Shown: positions 35,910-46,227, counted from the stretch's first letter. The stretch: DNA of 64,000 nucleotides from an uncultured Candidatus Saccharibacteria bacterium (GCA_964637575.1 CAZWVU010000004.1:14788-78787); one strand, 5' to 3'. Notes: generated by a model not told the origin, from the sequence alone. Numbers and translations are program-made.

Positions 35910-36539
35910 ATGAACAATCTATTGAAAAAGCCGTTATTTTGGACCAACGTCGCTGCAGTAACGTTAACCGGACTGGTAATCGCCGGGGTGGCGTTCGGGT
36001 GGAACAGTCCTCTGGCGGCTCCGACGGGCGGAAGCGGGGCGATTGTGACGGACCTATCCGGTAACGTGGGAATCGGTATTGCGGCGCCAACTCAGAAGCT
36101 GGATGTCGCGGGCAATGTCAAAGGAACCGGGCTGTGCATCGGATCCGACTGCCGCGCAGCGTGGCCGACATTTTCCGGCATCACCGGCCTGGGGACGGCA
36201 AATTATCTTCCAAAGTTTACCAGCGGCAATGCAATTGGCAATTCGCAGGTATTTGATAATGGTACGAACGTTGGTATCGGTAATGCCGCTCCAACGCAGA
36301 AGCTGGACGTGACCGGTAATGCCAACATTAGTGGCACGATCCGCGGTGCCACATACGGCTTTGGCGGAATCTACGTGAACCACGTCGGCGTTGGTGGATT
36401 TACCACGTGCTCGGTGGCCAATCCGTTCACGAATGCCTGTAACTGTCCGACAGGTTTTACGGCGAAGCTTTTTTCCTATACGGGTAGCGCTTTGAACGGC
36501 AGCATTAACGATAATCCTACTTACTTTTGCTGGAAATAA
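35910..36539 (+). CDS. Membrane-anchored surface protein (paralog 2)
   Basis: Same N-terminus (KKPLFWTNVAAVTLTGLVIAGVAFGW...GGSGAI...GNVGIG...KLDVAGN). Second NVGIGNAAPTQKLDVTGN repeat. Different C-terminus. Confidence 0.55.
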   Translation: MNNLLKKPLFWTNVAAVTLTGLVIAGVAFGWNSPLAAPTGGSGAIVTDLSGNVGIGIAAPTQKLDVAGNVKGTGLCIGSDCRAAWPTFSGITGLGTANYLPKFTSGNAIGNSQVFDNGTNVGIGNAAPTQKLDVTGNANISGTIRGATYGFGGIYVNHVGVGGFTTCSVANPFTNACNCPTGFTAKLFSYTGSALNGSINDNPTYFCWK

Positions 36540-36543
36540 TTTA

Positions 36544-37263
36544 ATGAACAATCTTTTTAAGAAACCTTTATTTTGGACCAACGTCGCCGCGGTAACCTTG
36601 ACCGGGCTGGTGATCGCCGGGGTAGCGTTCGGGTGGACCAATCCGAATGTGACGCCCGCCGGCGGCGGGGGAGCGATAACTGTTGATGCCAGTGGCAACG
36701 TGGGAATTGGCGGCCTGCCGAACGCGCTGGCCAAGCTTCGTGTGGCCGGCAACCTGCTGGTTGATAGCGGTTTTGGAATCACGCTTGGCGGAATAACCAG
36801 GACGACCTGGCCTTACGGCGGCTCGGGAGTCTTCTGTTCCACTGCGACAGGTTATCTGGATTGCTATATCGCGGGAGTGGACAAGGTCTACACCTTGACC
36901 GCCACTGCCAGTGGCGGTCCCATCACCCCATCGGTCACCTCGGTCAGCACTCCCGGCGTCATGCCGTATTCCAATATGGGTTGCAGTACTTCTACCGGAT
37001 ACCTCGACTGCTACGTTAACGCGACAGACAAGGTATACACCTTAACTGCCATTACCAGCGGCGGCCCGACCACTCCGTCAGTCACTTCTGTCAGCACCGT
37101 GGGCGTGCGACCGCTCTCCGGAAGTAAATGCACCTCCGCCACATACCTTGCGTGTTACATTACCGCCCCCGATAAAGTGTACACGTTGTCCGCTACCAGC
37201 AGCGGCGGCCCGATCACTCCGTCAGTTACTTCCGTCAGCACGGTGGGCGTGATGGTTTATTAG
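36544..37263 (+). CDS. Membrane-anchored surface protein (paralog 3) with three ~45-aa tandem repeats
   Basis: N-terminus nearly identical to paralog 2. C-terminus holds 3x repeats (TGYLDCY...DKVYTLTA..SGGP.TPSVTSVST.GV). Confidence 0.55.
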   Translation: MNNLFKKPLFWTNVAAVTLTGLVIAGVAFGWTNPNVTPAGGGGAITVDASGNVGIGGLPNALAKLRVAGNLLVDSGFGITLGGITRTTWPYGGSGVFCSTATGYLDCYIAGVDKVYTLTATASGGPITPSVTSVSTPGVMPYSNMGCSTSTGYLDCYVNATDKVYTLTAITSGGPTTPSVTSVSTVGVRPLSGSKCTSATYLACYITAPDKVYTLSATSSGGPITPSVTSVSTVGVMVY

Positions 37264-37278
37264 GTGGGCGATCGGCAG

Positions 37279-37307
37279 TTGACTCCCGGGCTTTTATTAA
37301 TTAAAAT
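37279..37307 (+). promoter_or_regulatory. Sigma70-like promoter of the grpE-dnaK-dnaJ operon
   Basis: TTGACT (37279-37284), 17-bp spacer, TAAAAT (37302-37307). ~10 nt before the grpE ATG. Confidence 0.5.
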
Positions 37308-37316
37308 TTCCCTGCA

Positions 37317-37778
37317 ATGGATGAATCACCTGTAGGAGAACTCGAACAACTGAAAAAGGAACGTGACGAATACCTCAACGGCTGGAAACGCGCCAAGGCC
37401 GATCTGATAAATTATCAGAAGGAAGAAGCGGCCCGGCTGGAAGATGTTATCCGGTATGCCAAAGCGGGAATGGTAAAAGATCTGATCGCCGTGCTGGATA
37501 GTTTTGAACTCGCGCTGTCCGTAATGGAAAAAGATGGCAGGAGTGAAAAAGGAATATTTATGATAAAGGGACAGCTGGAGGAGGCGCTCAAGCGGGCGGG
37601 AGTGGAGAAGATATCCGTCGCGGTCGGCAATCCGTTCGACGCTAATTTCCAGGAAACAGTTGCCGAGAGGGAATCCGACCAGCCGGCAGGCACTATAATG
37701 GAAGTGGCGGAACAGGGATACATGCTTCAGGGTCGCGTCATTCGTCCGGCGCGGGTAATATTAAGCAAAGAAAAATAA
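37317..37778 (+). CDS. grpE: Nucleotide exchange factor GrpE
   Basis: Coiled-coil N-terminus and GrpE C-terminal beta domain. 153 aa. Upstream of dnaK. Confidence 0.9.
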   Translation: MDESPVGELEQLKKERDEYLNGWKRAKADLINYQKEEAARLEDVIRYAKAGMVKDLIAVLDSFELALSVMEKDGRSEKGIFMIKGQLEEALKRAGVEKISVAVGNPFDANFQETVAERESDQPAGTIMEVAEQGYMLQGRVIRPARVILSKEK

Positions 37779-37790
37779 TATAATTACATC

Positions 37791-39668
37791 ATGGCAAAAA
37801 TAATCGGTATTGATCTCGGCACCACCTATTCGGAGGTCGCAGTCATGGATACGGCCGGTCCGCGCATTCTGGAAAACGCCGAAGGCATGCGGATCACGCC
37901 GTCCATGGCGGCGATCAGCAAGTCCGGCGAGCGGCTGGTCGGCCTTTTGGCGAAGCGCCAGGCGGTGACCAACCCCAAGAACACGATCTTTTCCGTGAAG
38001 CGGCTGATCGGCCGGAAATTTACCGATGCCGAGGTTCAGCGCGACAAGCAATGGCTGCCGTACGACATCCGCCAGTCCGAGAGCGGCGGCTGCGAAGTGA
38101 AAATGGGCGACCGGTGGTACAAGCCGGAGGAAATTTCGGCGATGGTGCTCGCAAAACTGAAAGCCGATGCCGAAGCGAAGCTTGGCGAGAAAGTAACGGA
38201 AGCGGTAATCACCGTGCCGGCGTATTTTGACGACAGCCAGCGCCAGGCAACCAAAAATGCCGGCGAGATCGCAGGCCTGAACGTGCGCCGCATTCTCAAC
38301 GAGCCGACCGCCGCGGCGCTCGCGTATGGTTTGAATAAACAAAAGAACGAAAAGATCGTTGTCTACGATTTCGGCGGCGGCACCTTCGACGTTTCCGTGC
38401 TGGAGGTAGGGGACGATACGGTGGAAGTGAAGGCGACCGGCGGCGACACCCATCTCGGCGGCGATGATCTGGACAAGCGGATCATTGAATATCTGGTCAA
38501 CGAATATAAAAAACTGGAGGGCGTGGACCTTTCCAAGGATGCGCTCGCGATCCAGCGTCTAAAGGAGGCCGCGGAGCGCGCCAAGCATGAGCTTTCCACC
38601 GCGTTTGAAACGGAGATCAATCTTCCCTATGTCACTTCCGACGCGTCCGGCCCCCGCCATTTCCTGATGAAACTTTCCCGGAGCAAACTGGAGGAGCTGG
38701 TCCGCGATCTGATCGACAAATCGGTGCAGATCCTTGACGCGACCATCAAAGAAGCCGGGTTCGCCACGGCGACTATCAACGAGATCGTCCTGGTCGGCGG
38801 CCAGACGCGCATGCCGGCGATGCAGGAGGCGGTCAAAAAATATTTCGGCCGCGAACCGCACAAAGATTTGAACCCCGACGAGGTAGTAGCGCTTGGCGCG
38901 GCGGTGCAGGCGGAAATTCTCGCGGCGAAAGACGAGGGCCGCAAGCCGGAGGGCGACGTGAAGGATATTCTTTTGCTCGACGTCACTCCGCTCTCCCTCG
39001 GTATTGAGACCCTGGGCGGCGTCTTCACGAAATTGATTGAGAAGAACACGACCATTCCGACCGCGAAATCACAGGTATTTTCCACCGCGGCCGACAACCA
39101 GACGTCCGTGGAAATCCATGTGTTGCAGGGAGAGCGGCCGATGTCCGCCGACAACAAAACGCTCGCCCGGTTCATTCTGGACGGCATCCCGCCGGCGGCG
39201 CGCGGCACTCCGCAGGTGGAAGTAACCTTCGATATCGACGCCAACGGTATTTTAAGTGTGTCGGCCAAGGACAAAGGCAGCGGCAAGACTCAGTCCGTGC
39301 GCATTGAAGCAAACACCAGTCTTTCCAAGGATCAGATTGAGAAGTTGAAGAACGAGGCGGCGCAGTATGCCGAACAGGACCGGCAGAAACAGTCGCTGGC
39401 GGAAGCCCGGAACAATGCCGAAAATCTCGTCTACGTCTCCGAAAAAGCGGTGAAGGACGCGGGCGACAAGATTTCCGCGGAGATAAAGGATGCCATTAAT
39501 AAAAAAATAGAAGCGCTCAAAGCGGTGAAGGACGGACAGGATGCCGGCGCGATTAAGAATGCGGCGAATGATCTTTCCTCCGAGATCCAGAAGATCGGCG
39601 CCCAGATGTACGGGAATCCTCCGGCGGGTTCGGGAAATGCCGGCGAACCGCCGAAGCAAGAACAGTAA
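37791..39668 (+). CDS. dnaK: Chaperone DnaK (Hsp70)
   Basis: [20 protein letters not shown] and full NBD plus SBD. 625 aa. Confidence 0.95.
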   Translation: MAKIIGIDLGTTYSEVAVMDTAGPRILENAEGMRITPSMAAISKSGERLVGLLAKRQAVTNPKNTIFSVKRLIGRKFTDAEVQRDKQWLPYDIRQSESGGCEVKMGDRWYKPEEISAMVLAKLKADAEAKLGEKVTEAVITVPAYFDDSQRQATKNAGEIAGLNVRRILNEPTAAALAYGLNKQKNEKIVVYDFGGGTFDVSVLEVGDDTVEVKATGGDTHLGGDDLDKRIIEYLVNEYKKLEGVDLSKDALAIQRLKEAAERAKHELSTAFETEINLPYVTSDASGPRHFLMKLSRSKLEELVRDLIDKSVQILDATIKEAGFATATINEIVLVGGQTRMPAMQEAVKKYFGREPHKDLNPDEVVALGAAVQAEILAAKDEGRKPEGDVKDILLLDVTPLSLGIETLGGVFTKLIEKNTTIPTAKSQVFSTAADNQTSVEIHVLQGERPMSADNKTLARFILDGIPPAARGTPQVEVTFDIDANGILSVSAKDKGSGKTQSVRIEANTSLSKDQIEKLKNEAAQYAEQDRQKQSLAEARNNAENLVYVSEKAVKDAGDKISAEIKDAINKKIEALKAVKDGQDAGAIKNAANDLSSEIQKIGAQMYGNPPAGSGNAGEPPKQEQ

Positions 39669-40594
39669 TGACCAGAGTTTCCAGTAAGAAAATCGCGCTG
39701 GGTATCGCCGGAGTATGCGCGGCGCTGCTTTTCGGATACTGCTTCAGCGGATTCATCGCCGCGGCGACCGCGGTGAGTTTCCTCGGCGTGTGCGCGAGCG
39801 CGGCGCTGTTTCTCTCCCTTTTCCTGATTCAGGTGATGGTGGCCGCGGACGTGAAAACCACCATGCTCTTTGTCGTGCTGGAAATCGCCGCGATAAGCGT
39901 GTTTCAGATCGGGAATTTTTCCCCGGTGCTGGGCGCCGGAATTCTCGCAGGTGCCGGATTCCTGATCATGGCCTACTACGGCGGAGTCTCAGAAATTAAA
40001 AGCCGCCTGGATATTGAATTCACGAAAACCTCCCGCGTCATTATGGGATCGGCCACGCTCGCGCTTGCCCTGTTTGCCAGCTTTGCCTACGTCAATTCAT
40101 TCGATCTGAAGAATCCCGCCGCGGCGCGGAAGAATCTTGAGGTGATCATCAAGCCCGCTGAGCCGATCGTGAGCCGGTACATCCCGAATTTTTCCACGCA
40201 GAACACGCTCCGCGAGATCGCGGCAAAAATGCTGCCCGCGAGCGAGCGCCTCTCCTCTCCCGCCGACCAGGCCAACACCATCTCGCAGATTTCCGTCAAT
40301 CTCACCGACGCGCTCGCCAAACTCACCGGGGCCAGAATTGCGCCGACGGACCGGGTTATTGATGTCGTGTACAAAGCCACCCTTGGGAAGGTCGTATCCC
40401 TGCCGCCGTTGACGCAGACAATCGTCCTGATTGCCTTCGGGGTGATCTTTTTCTTTTTTATCAAATTCATCCTGTTCTTCGTGGACTGGGCGGCCGTGGG
40501 GATAGGCTACGGCTGGTACCGGCTTCTGAAAGCCGCCGGCTTTTTTGCCATCGAGATGCAGAACGTTCCGAAGCGTGTTATAGTAATTCAATAG
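39668..40594 (+). CDS. Hypothetical polytopic membrane protein inside the dnaK operon
   Basis: 308 aa with several TM segments. Lies between dnaK and dnaJ. Confidence 0.5.
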   Translation: MTRVSSKKIALGIAGVCAALLFGYCFSGFIAAATAVSFLGVCASAALFLSLFLIQVMVAADVKTTMLFVVLEIAAISVFQIGNFSPVLGAGILAGAGFLIMAYYGGVSEIKSRLDIEFTKTSRVIMGSATLALALFASFAYVNSFDLKNPAAARKNLEVIIKPAEPIVSRYIPNFSTQNTLREIAAKMLPASERLSSPADQANTISQISVNLTDALAKLTGARIAPTDRVIDVVYKATLGKVVSLPPLTQTIVLIAFGVIFFFFIKFILFFVDWAAVGIGYGWYRLLKAAGFFAIEMQNVPKRVIVIQ

Positions 40595-40598
40595 AATC

Positions 40599-41684
40599 TT
40601 GATGAAGGACTATTACAAGATTTTGGGAGTGGAAAAAAGCGCTTCCGAGGAAGATATCAAAAAGGCCTACCGGAAGCTCGCGCACCAGTACCATCCGGAT
40701 AAATCGGGCGGCAGTACCGAGAAGTTTAAGGAAATCAGCGAGGCGTACCAGATCTTGTCGAACAAGGACAAGCGTGCCCAGTACGACCGTTTCGGCCGCG
40801 TATTCGAGGGAGGACAGCCGGGCGGGACACCGTTCGGGAACGGGTTTGAATTTGGGTTCGGATTCGATCCGAACAACCTCGATGATCTCGGGAACATCAG
40901 CGATATTTTCGAAACCTTTTTTGAAGGAATGGGAGTCAAGAAACGGAAAAGCTACCATCGCGGTTCCGACGTGGAATATATCCAAGCTATCACCCTCGAA
41001 GAAGCGTTCCGCGGCATTGAGAAAAAATTAAAGGTGAAGCTCCACATCCAGTGTGCCGCCTGCAAATCGCTCGGTTATTTTGCCGATGCGGGATTGACCG
41101 AGTGCGCGACCTGCAGCGGCCGGGGAGAAATAAAAGAGTCCCGCAGCACATTCTTCGGAAGCTTTTCCCAGGTGCGGGCGTGCCCGAAGTGCCAGGGTGT
41201 CGGCCAGATTCCCAATAAAACCTGCGGCGACTGCAAGGGCAGCGGACGCACCGCGGCGAGCAAGGAAATCGTCATCCAGATCGCGCCGGGCGTAAGCAAC
41301 GACCAGTTGATCAAACTGGTGGGCGCGGGGGAAGCGGGAGAGCGGGGAGCGGAACCGGGAGATCTTTATATCCGCGTGAAAATCGAACCGCACAAAATAT
41401 TCGAACGGCACGGCGACGACCTGCTGGTGAAAAAAGAAGTGCAGATGGTGGACGTTCTGCTGGGAACTAAAATTGAAGTGCCGACGATCGGCGGCAATGT
41501 TCTGCGGGTGGAGATTCCTTCCAATTTCAATCTGAAGGATAAATTAAGGATTCCCGGCGAGGGTATGACGAAGTTTGGCGGGTACGGCCGCGGCGATTTA
41601 TACGTCGATTGGGATGTAAAAACCCCGAAACGCGTCAGCTCCAAAGCCAAAAAGATATTGGACGACCTTAAAAAAGAATTTTAG
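40599..41684 (+). CDS. dnaJ: Chaperone DnaJ
   Basis: J domain DYYKILGV...HPDK. G/F-rich linker. Cys-rich zinc-finger region. C-terminal domains. Confidence 0.9.
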   Translation: MMKDYYKILGVEKSASEEDIKKAYRKLAHQYHPDKSGGSTEKFKEISEAYQILSNKDKRAQYDRFGRVFEGGQPGGTPFGNGFEFGFGFDPNNLDDLGNISDIFETFFEGMGVKKRKSYHRGSDVEYIQAITLEEAFRGIEKKLKVKLHIQCAACKSLGYFADAGLTECATCSGRGEIKESRSTFFGSFSQVRACPKCQGVGQIPNKTCGDCKGSGRTAASKEIVIQIAPGVSNDQLIKLVGAGEAGERGAEPGDLYIRVKIEPHKIFERHGDDLLVKKEVQMVDVLLGTKIEVPTIGGNVLRVEIPSNFNLKDKLRIPGEGMTKFGGYGRGDLYVDWDVKTPKRVSSKAKKILDDLKKEF

Positions 41685-41704
41685 GAATTATTCGGGTCCC
41701 TCTT

Positions 41705-41868
41705 GGGCGATTGCTTTCGGGAACCAGCGTCCGTCTGCTCCAGCGGCAGGCGGCGCTTCAGCTCTCGGCGGTTTGCTCCGCCTTCGGCGGAGACCCAGGG
41801 GCTCTCGCCCGGTAATGGGCGAGGCAAGCCAAACCGCCTCCGAGATGTTCCCGAGAAGCAATGCGCCC
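41705..41868 (+). ncRNA. Copy 3 of the GGGAACCGGGUGUCC structured element, with a ~50-nt insertion in hairpin 2
   Basis: Closing stem GGGCGATTGCTTTCGGGAAC / GTTCCCGAGAAGCAATGCGCCC. Hairpin 2 stem GGCGGTTTG / CAAACCGCC. Confidence 0.55.
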
Positions 41869-42124
41869 TACGATCCCGAATTATTTATAGAGGAGCAACC
41901 TCCTTCTTTGAGCCAGTATTTAGCGGAGGTAACAGTTACAAATTAAGGAGCCGGGACGACAGGAAAGCCGGAACTGGTGTCTTTGAGGAATTCCGGAAGG
42001 ACTTCCGGAGTCCGGGCGACTATAATTTGTCTGAACCGCAGCGTACTGGCGAGGAGAAGGAGGTTACTCGGAGAAGACAAACCGCGGCCGTGGAGTTGCT
42101 GAAGGTTTTTGTTATAATGAATGA

Positions 42125-42487
42125 GTGTTTAAGATCATAGTTGCGCTGGTTTCTAACTTTGCCGCGATACTGGTGACGGAATACTTTGTTACCGGCTTTC
42201 ATGTGACTCATGATCCGGTCGGCCTGGCCACGGTGGTGGTGCTTTTTGCGCTGGCGAACTCGGTAGTCCTCCCGGTCCTCCGGGTTATTCTGAAGCCGTT
42301 TATCTGGCTTACCGCCGGTATTTTGGGGGTGGTGCTCAATGGCATCCTGCTCTATGTCGTTGACAAATTATCCGATGGGCTTACAATAAATGGACTCAAG
42401 GCGCTTCTGATTTCCACGCTGATTATCGGAATGGTGAACGCGACCATTTCTTACGGAGCGAAGGTGTTCAGGACCGGCCAAGGCTAA
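42125..42487 (+). CDS. Small 4-TM membrane protein (holin-like; hypothetical)
   Basis: 120 aa with four hydrophobic helices. Confidence 0.45.
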   Translation: MFKIIVALVSNFAAILVTEYFVTGFHVTHDPVGLATVVVLFALANSVVLPVLRVILKPFIWLTAGILGVVLNGILLYVVDKLSDGLTINGLKALLISTLIIGMVNATISYGAKVFRTGQG

Positions 42488-42489
42488 TT

Positions 42490-42720
42490 ATGACGCATAA
42501 CCTTATTTCCATTATTCAGGCAGTCGTTTCAATTTTGATCATCGCCCTGATTCTAATGCAGGAGCGTTCTTCCGCCGGCGGTTTGGGCGGCCTTCTTGGC
42601 GGTGGCGGTGACAGCGGTTTTTACCAGACCCGCCGCGGCCTCGAAAAGTTTTTGTTTATCGCCACTATTCTTTTGATCGTGGTATTTGCCGGGCTGGCGC
42701 TGTTGAACCTGGTAGTCTAG
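42490..42720 (+). CDS. secG: Preprotein translocase subunit SecG
   Basis: Two TM helices flanking a Gly-rich GGLGGLLGGGGD loop. 76 aa. Confidence 0.8.
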   Translation: MTHNLISIIQAVVSILIIALILMQERSSAGGLGGLLGGGGDSGFYQTRRGLEKFLFIATILLIVVFAGLALLNLVV

Positions 42721-42766
42721 CGGGTTGTCCTTTGTCCGCGCGTGAGAAAACGCTATAATTAACTAC

Positions 42767-44425
42767 ATGCTTTTTAAATTTCTCCAGCTGTTAAAAAGCC
42801 TGACCAAAAAAGAGCGCTATGTATTAGCCGGCTCCGCGTTAATCTTCCTTATTTCCGGAATCTTCTTCGGTTTACGGACGTTTTATGACCAGACGGTGCC
42901 GCAGCCGGTGGAGGGCGGCAGTTATGTGGAGGGCGTGGTCGGTCAGCCGATCGCCATCAATCCGTTGATCGCGGGCGACAACGATCCGGACCGGGATCTG
43001 ATCCAGCTTCTTTTCGCGAGCCTTTCCGATATCAGCTCTTCGATTAAGTCCGACGATTCGCAAAAGGTCTGGACCGTCACTATCAAACCCGACCTCCAAT
43101 GGACCGACGGCCAGCCGCTTACCAGCGATGATGTGCTCTTTACTATCAGTGTCATTCAGGACCCGGACGCGCATTCGCCGTTTTTTGCCACCTGGCAGGG
43201 AGTAGTCGCGGAGAAAAGCACCGAGCACGAACTGAAACTCACGCTGAAAGACCCTTATGCTTTTTTTGAGGAAAATATTAAAAATCTGAAAATAGCGCCC
43301 CAGCATATTTTTGACAATATTCCGCCGCAAAATTTCCGCCTTTCCGACTACAACCTCAAGCCGGTGGGCAGCGGCCCGTATCAATTCATGGGATACACGA
43401 AGCGCCCGGACGGATTTATCGAGCAATATGAATTGCTGGCCAACCCGAAGTATGCGGCGCAAAAAGCGTACATCCGGAATTTCACTGTCCGGTTCTTCGC
43501 GAATAAAAATGACGCGATTGCCGCCTTCAATAATAAGGAAATTGACGGGGTTGGTGGACTGGAAAAGACCGATCTGGATGCGATCACTATCAATCATCAT
43601 GTTATGAATGTAAGCCGTCCCCGGTATTACGCTATCTTTCTTAATCAGAGTACCAGTCTGCCGCTCAAGGAGCAGGCGGTGCGGCTTGCGCTCAGCTACG
43701 CGACCAACCGTGACGGTCTGCTCGCCGGCGTGCTCAACGGACAGGGTTCCGTGGAAAAAGGGCCGATCCCGCCGTCGGTGGCCGGGTATGACGATTCGGT
43801 ATTTGCCGACAGCAAGTTTGATCTGGCACTTGCCTCCACCACGCTCGACAAAGCCGGCTGGAAGATCGATGCGGACGGTATCCGTTTCAAAATGATCCAA
43901 AAAAATAAAATAAAACTGGAATTCGACCTGATTGTTCCCGAAGTCCGTTTTCTTGTGGATACCGCGAAACAGCTCCAGCAGGACTGGCATACGGCCGGCA
44001 TCAGCCTGAACCCCGTCGTGGTAAAGCCTTCGGACGTCATCACCAGCGCCATCAAGCCCCGTAATTACCAGATGGTGCTGTTCGGCAATACGCTCAACAG
44101 CAATCCCGATATTTTTTCCTTCTGGCATTCTTCCCAGCGTTTCGATCCCGGACTGAACCTTTCCCTCTTCAGCGATAAAACAGTTGACGGACTTCTGGAA
44201 TCGGTCCGGCAGGATACCAAGGAGGACAGTCGCGATCAGTCCCTTTCCAAAATCCAGAAGCTGATCAACGATCAGAAACCGGCGGTCTTTCTCTATTCGC
44301 CGGATTATCTGTACGTTACTTCCAAGAATCTTGGCGGTTTTGCCGCCACGTCCATCGCCATTTCCGCGAACCGTTTTGACGGTGTCGCCGGATGGTACCT
44401 CAAGACTGCCCGCGTATTTAAGTAA
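42767..44425 (+). CDS. ABC transporter substrate-binding protein, family 5 (OppA/DppA-like)
   Basis: N-terminal anchor and SBP_bac_5-type core. 552 aa. Confidence 0.75.
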   Translation: MLFKFLQLLKSLTKKERYVLAGSALIFLISGIFFGLRTFYDQTVPQPVEGGSYVEGVVGQPIAINPLIAGDNDPDRDLIQLLFASLSDISSSIKSDDSQKVWTVTIKPDLQWTDGQPLTSDDVLFTISVIQDPDAHSPFFATWQGVVAEKSTEHELKLTLKDPYAFFEENIKNLKIAPQHIFDNIPPQNFRLSDYNLKPVGSGPYQFMGYTKRPDGFIEQYELLANPKYAAQKAYIRNFTVRFFANKNDAIAAFNNKEIDGVGGLEKTDLDAITINHHVMNVSRPRYYAIFLNQSTSLPLKEQAVRLALSYATNRDGLLAGVLNGQGSVEKGPIPPSVAGYDDSVFADSKFDLALASTTLDKAGWKIDADGIRFKMIQKNKIKLEFDLIVPEVRFLVDTAKQLQQDWHTAGISLNPVVVKPSDVITSAIKPRNYQMVLFGNTLNSNPDIFSFWHSSQRFDPGLNLSLFSDKTVDGLLESVRQDTKEDSRDQSLSKIQKLINDQKPAVFLYSPDYLYVTSKNLGGFAATSIAISANRFDGVAGWYLKTARVFK

Positions 44426-44486
44426 GCTTGCCGGCCGGCCGGTAGTGTGATATTTTCCCCGTAGAACATTACAGAGAGGAGTAACG

Positions 44487-44840
44487 ATGGCAATCACCCT
44501 GTTTTCGGGAGTGCTCTGCGTGTATCTGGTCGCACTGGTTATCCTGATGGTGGTTCTGAATCATGCCCTGAACCGCGAAGTGCCACCGGCGGAAACGATC
44601 GCGGTCACGCTTCCCACGCGGCACTTCCGCGTCGCATTTCACGCCTTTTCCAACGGCCACGTAGAGGCGGTGTTTGTCGAGGCAGCCGCCAAAGAAGACG
44701 CGGTTCAGGCGGTCCAGTTAGTATTGGGAGATGCAGCTAAAAACTATTCTGACTTTTCTGCGGTTGAGATCTGCCGCCACTGCCACAATATGCTCGAAAA
44801 AGAAGAGATCCATCCCAGCCCCCGTGCTTCGGAAGTATAA
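44487..44840 (+). CDS. Hypothetical protein with N-terminal TM
   Basis: 117-aa ORF. No motif. Confidence 0.35.
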   Translation: MAITLFSGVLCVYLVALVILMVVLNHALNREVPPAETIAVTLPTRHFRVAFHAFSNGHVEAVFVEAAAKEDAVQAVQLVLGDAAKNYSDFSAVEICRHCHNMLEKEEIHPSPRASEV

Positions 44841-44872
44841 AACGGCCCGTCCCGCATCCAACGCGGGACTTT

Positions 44873-46120
44873 TTATTCCGCGGGAATAAACGCGCGGTTG
44901 CGGACCTGGCGGTGATAGCGGATGACGAAATTATGCGTCTGATAAATGGCGCGCTCGATCACTTCCTGCAGTTCTTTTGGAAGTTCGAGGAATGGCGTGG
45001 AGATATCGTTCGGCCGGAGTCCGTAGACCAGTTTGTGCGGTTTCGCGAATGAGATCAGGCGCACTTTTTTCGCTTCGGAAAAGCCGTCCAGCATTTTTTT
45101 GGCGGCCCGATATTGCGTAATGCCGCCGTCGATGATAATCAGGTCCGGATACGGCCATTCGGGATGATTCAGGCGGCGGGCGATCAACTCGCCGATCATG
45201 CGCGGATCATCGCGGGTCGGCGTCCAGCGGATGCGGAACTTCCGGTATCGATTCTTATCCGATTCCCAGCCGGTTTCCGTTTTGACGAGCGCGGTCATTG
45301 CGCCTACTGCCTCCTTCCCCGCGAAGTTCGAATTATCGTAGCACTCCACCCGCATGCCTGCCGGCAGCTGTTCGGCGGTGTATGCGGTAGGGACAAGCGC
45401 ATAGTTTTTCCGTTCCAGAGTTTCCGTATAGACATACGGTTTATGGGCGAAGATGGATTCCAGCGCCATCCGCTGATCCTTGTCCTGTATCGAGTTCAGT
45501 AATTTCTGGCTCTGGCCCTTCAGAATCATTTTGATCCTCCGGATTACGTTCCGGTATTCGCTGATCTTCGCAGCGTCATCGGAGAAATTTTTATTGCAGC
45601 AAAAACCGGCGCATTTTCCGATTTGCGCGTTGAGGCAGTCGCGGAGATGTTTTATGGCGCAGCTGCAGTAGGGGAGCTGGCGCCGGATCAGTTTCATTGC
45701 CGTGTACAGCGCGCCGCTGTCCGTGAAGGGCCCGATCATTTCCCGTTTCATTTTCATATCTTTCACCTTCGGTTTCTTGTGCCCAATAAAGACCCGCGGG
45801 TAATTCTCCTTGGTGAATGACACATATAAATAGCTTGTATCATCCCGGAGAACGACGTTGTAGCGCGGCCGCAGAGATTTGATCAGCTTTGCTTCCTCGA
45901 TTAGCGCTTCGATGTCCGAGCGGAGCGGAATATATTCGAGCCGGTCAGCCTCTTCGTGGAGCGACTGCGTCTTGATATCGGTGATCTTCAGATACGACTT
46001 CAGTCGCGCACGCAAATCCACCGCTTTGCCGACGTACAATACTTTTTCGCCGTTGCGGAATATGTACACGCCCGGTTCTTTCGGCGCCGTTTTTATTTTT
46101 TGGATCAGGTCCGCATTCAT
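44873..46120 (-). CDS. uvrC: UvrC-like excinuclease (GIY-YIG N-domain, Cys-rich, truncated C-terminus)
   Basis: GVYIFRNGEKVLYVGKAVDLRARL (GIY-YIG) and Cys cluster CSC...C...CAGFCC. 415 aa, lacking the HhH tail. Confidence 0.7.
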   Translation of the reverse strand: MNADLIQKIKTAPKEPGVYIFRNGEKVLYVGKAVDLRARLKSYLKITDIKTQSLHEEADRLEYIPLRSDIEALIEEAKLIKSLRPRYNVVLRDDTSYLYVSFTKENYPRVFIGHKKPKVKDMKMKREMIGPFTDSGALYTAMKLIRRQLPYCSCAIKHLRDCLNAQIGKCAGFCCNKNFSDDAAKISEYRNVIRRIKMILKGQSQKLLNSIQDKDQRMALESIFAHKPYVYTETLERKNYALVPTAYTAEQLPAGMRVECYDNSNFAGKEAVGAMTALVKTETGWESDKNRYRKFRIRWTPTRDDPRMIGELIARRLNHPEWPYPDLIIIDGGITQYRAAKKMLDGFSEAKKVRLISFAKPHKLVYGLRPNDISTPFLELPKELQEVIERAIYQTHNFVIRYHRQVRNRAFIPAE

Positions 46121-46227
46121 GCGCCAATAGTATATTGCACGAACGGGTAATTCGCAAGGAAAGGCGGCTTCCTCGGAAAAATTACTGTGAATACGATATA
46201 AGATTGAAGTGTATTATACTGTATTGT

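Noticed and set aside
35232-37263. Diversity-generating retroelement targeting the variable surface-protein paralogs
   Set aside because: No reverse transcriptase ORF and no template-repeat / variable-repeat pair were found anywhere in the window. The variation is better explained by paralog divergence and tandem repeats.
37264-37316. CIRCE (HrcA) operator upstream of grpE-dnaK
   Set aside because: No TTAGCACTC-N9-GAGTGCTAA-like inverted repeat is present. Only a sigma70-like -35/-10 is seen.
42125-42487. Holin gene as evidence of a second prophage
   Set aside because: It is a solitary small 4-TM ORF between dnaJ and secG. It has no neighbouring lysin or phage genes and shows host-like GC composition.
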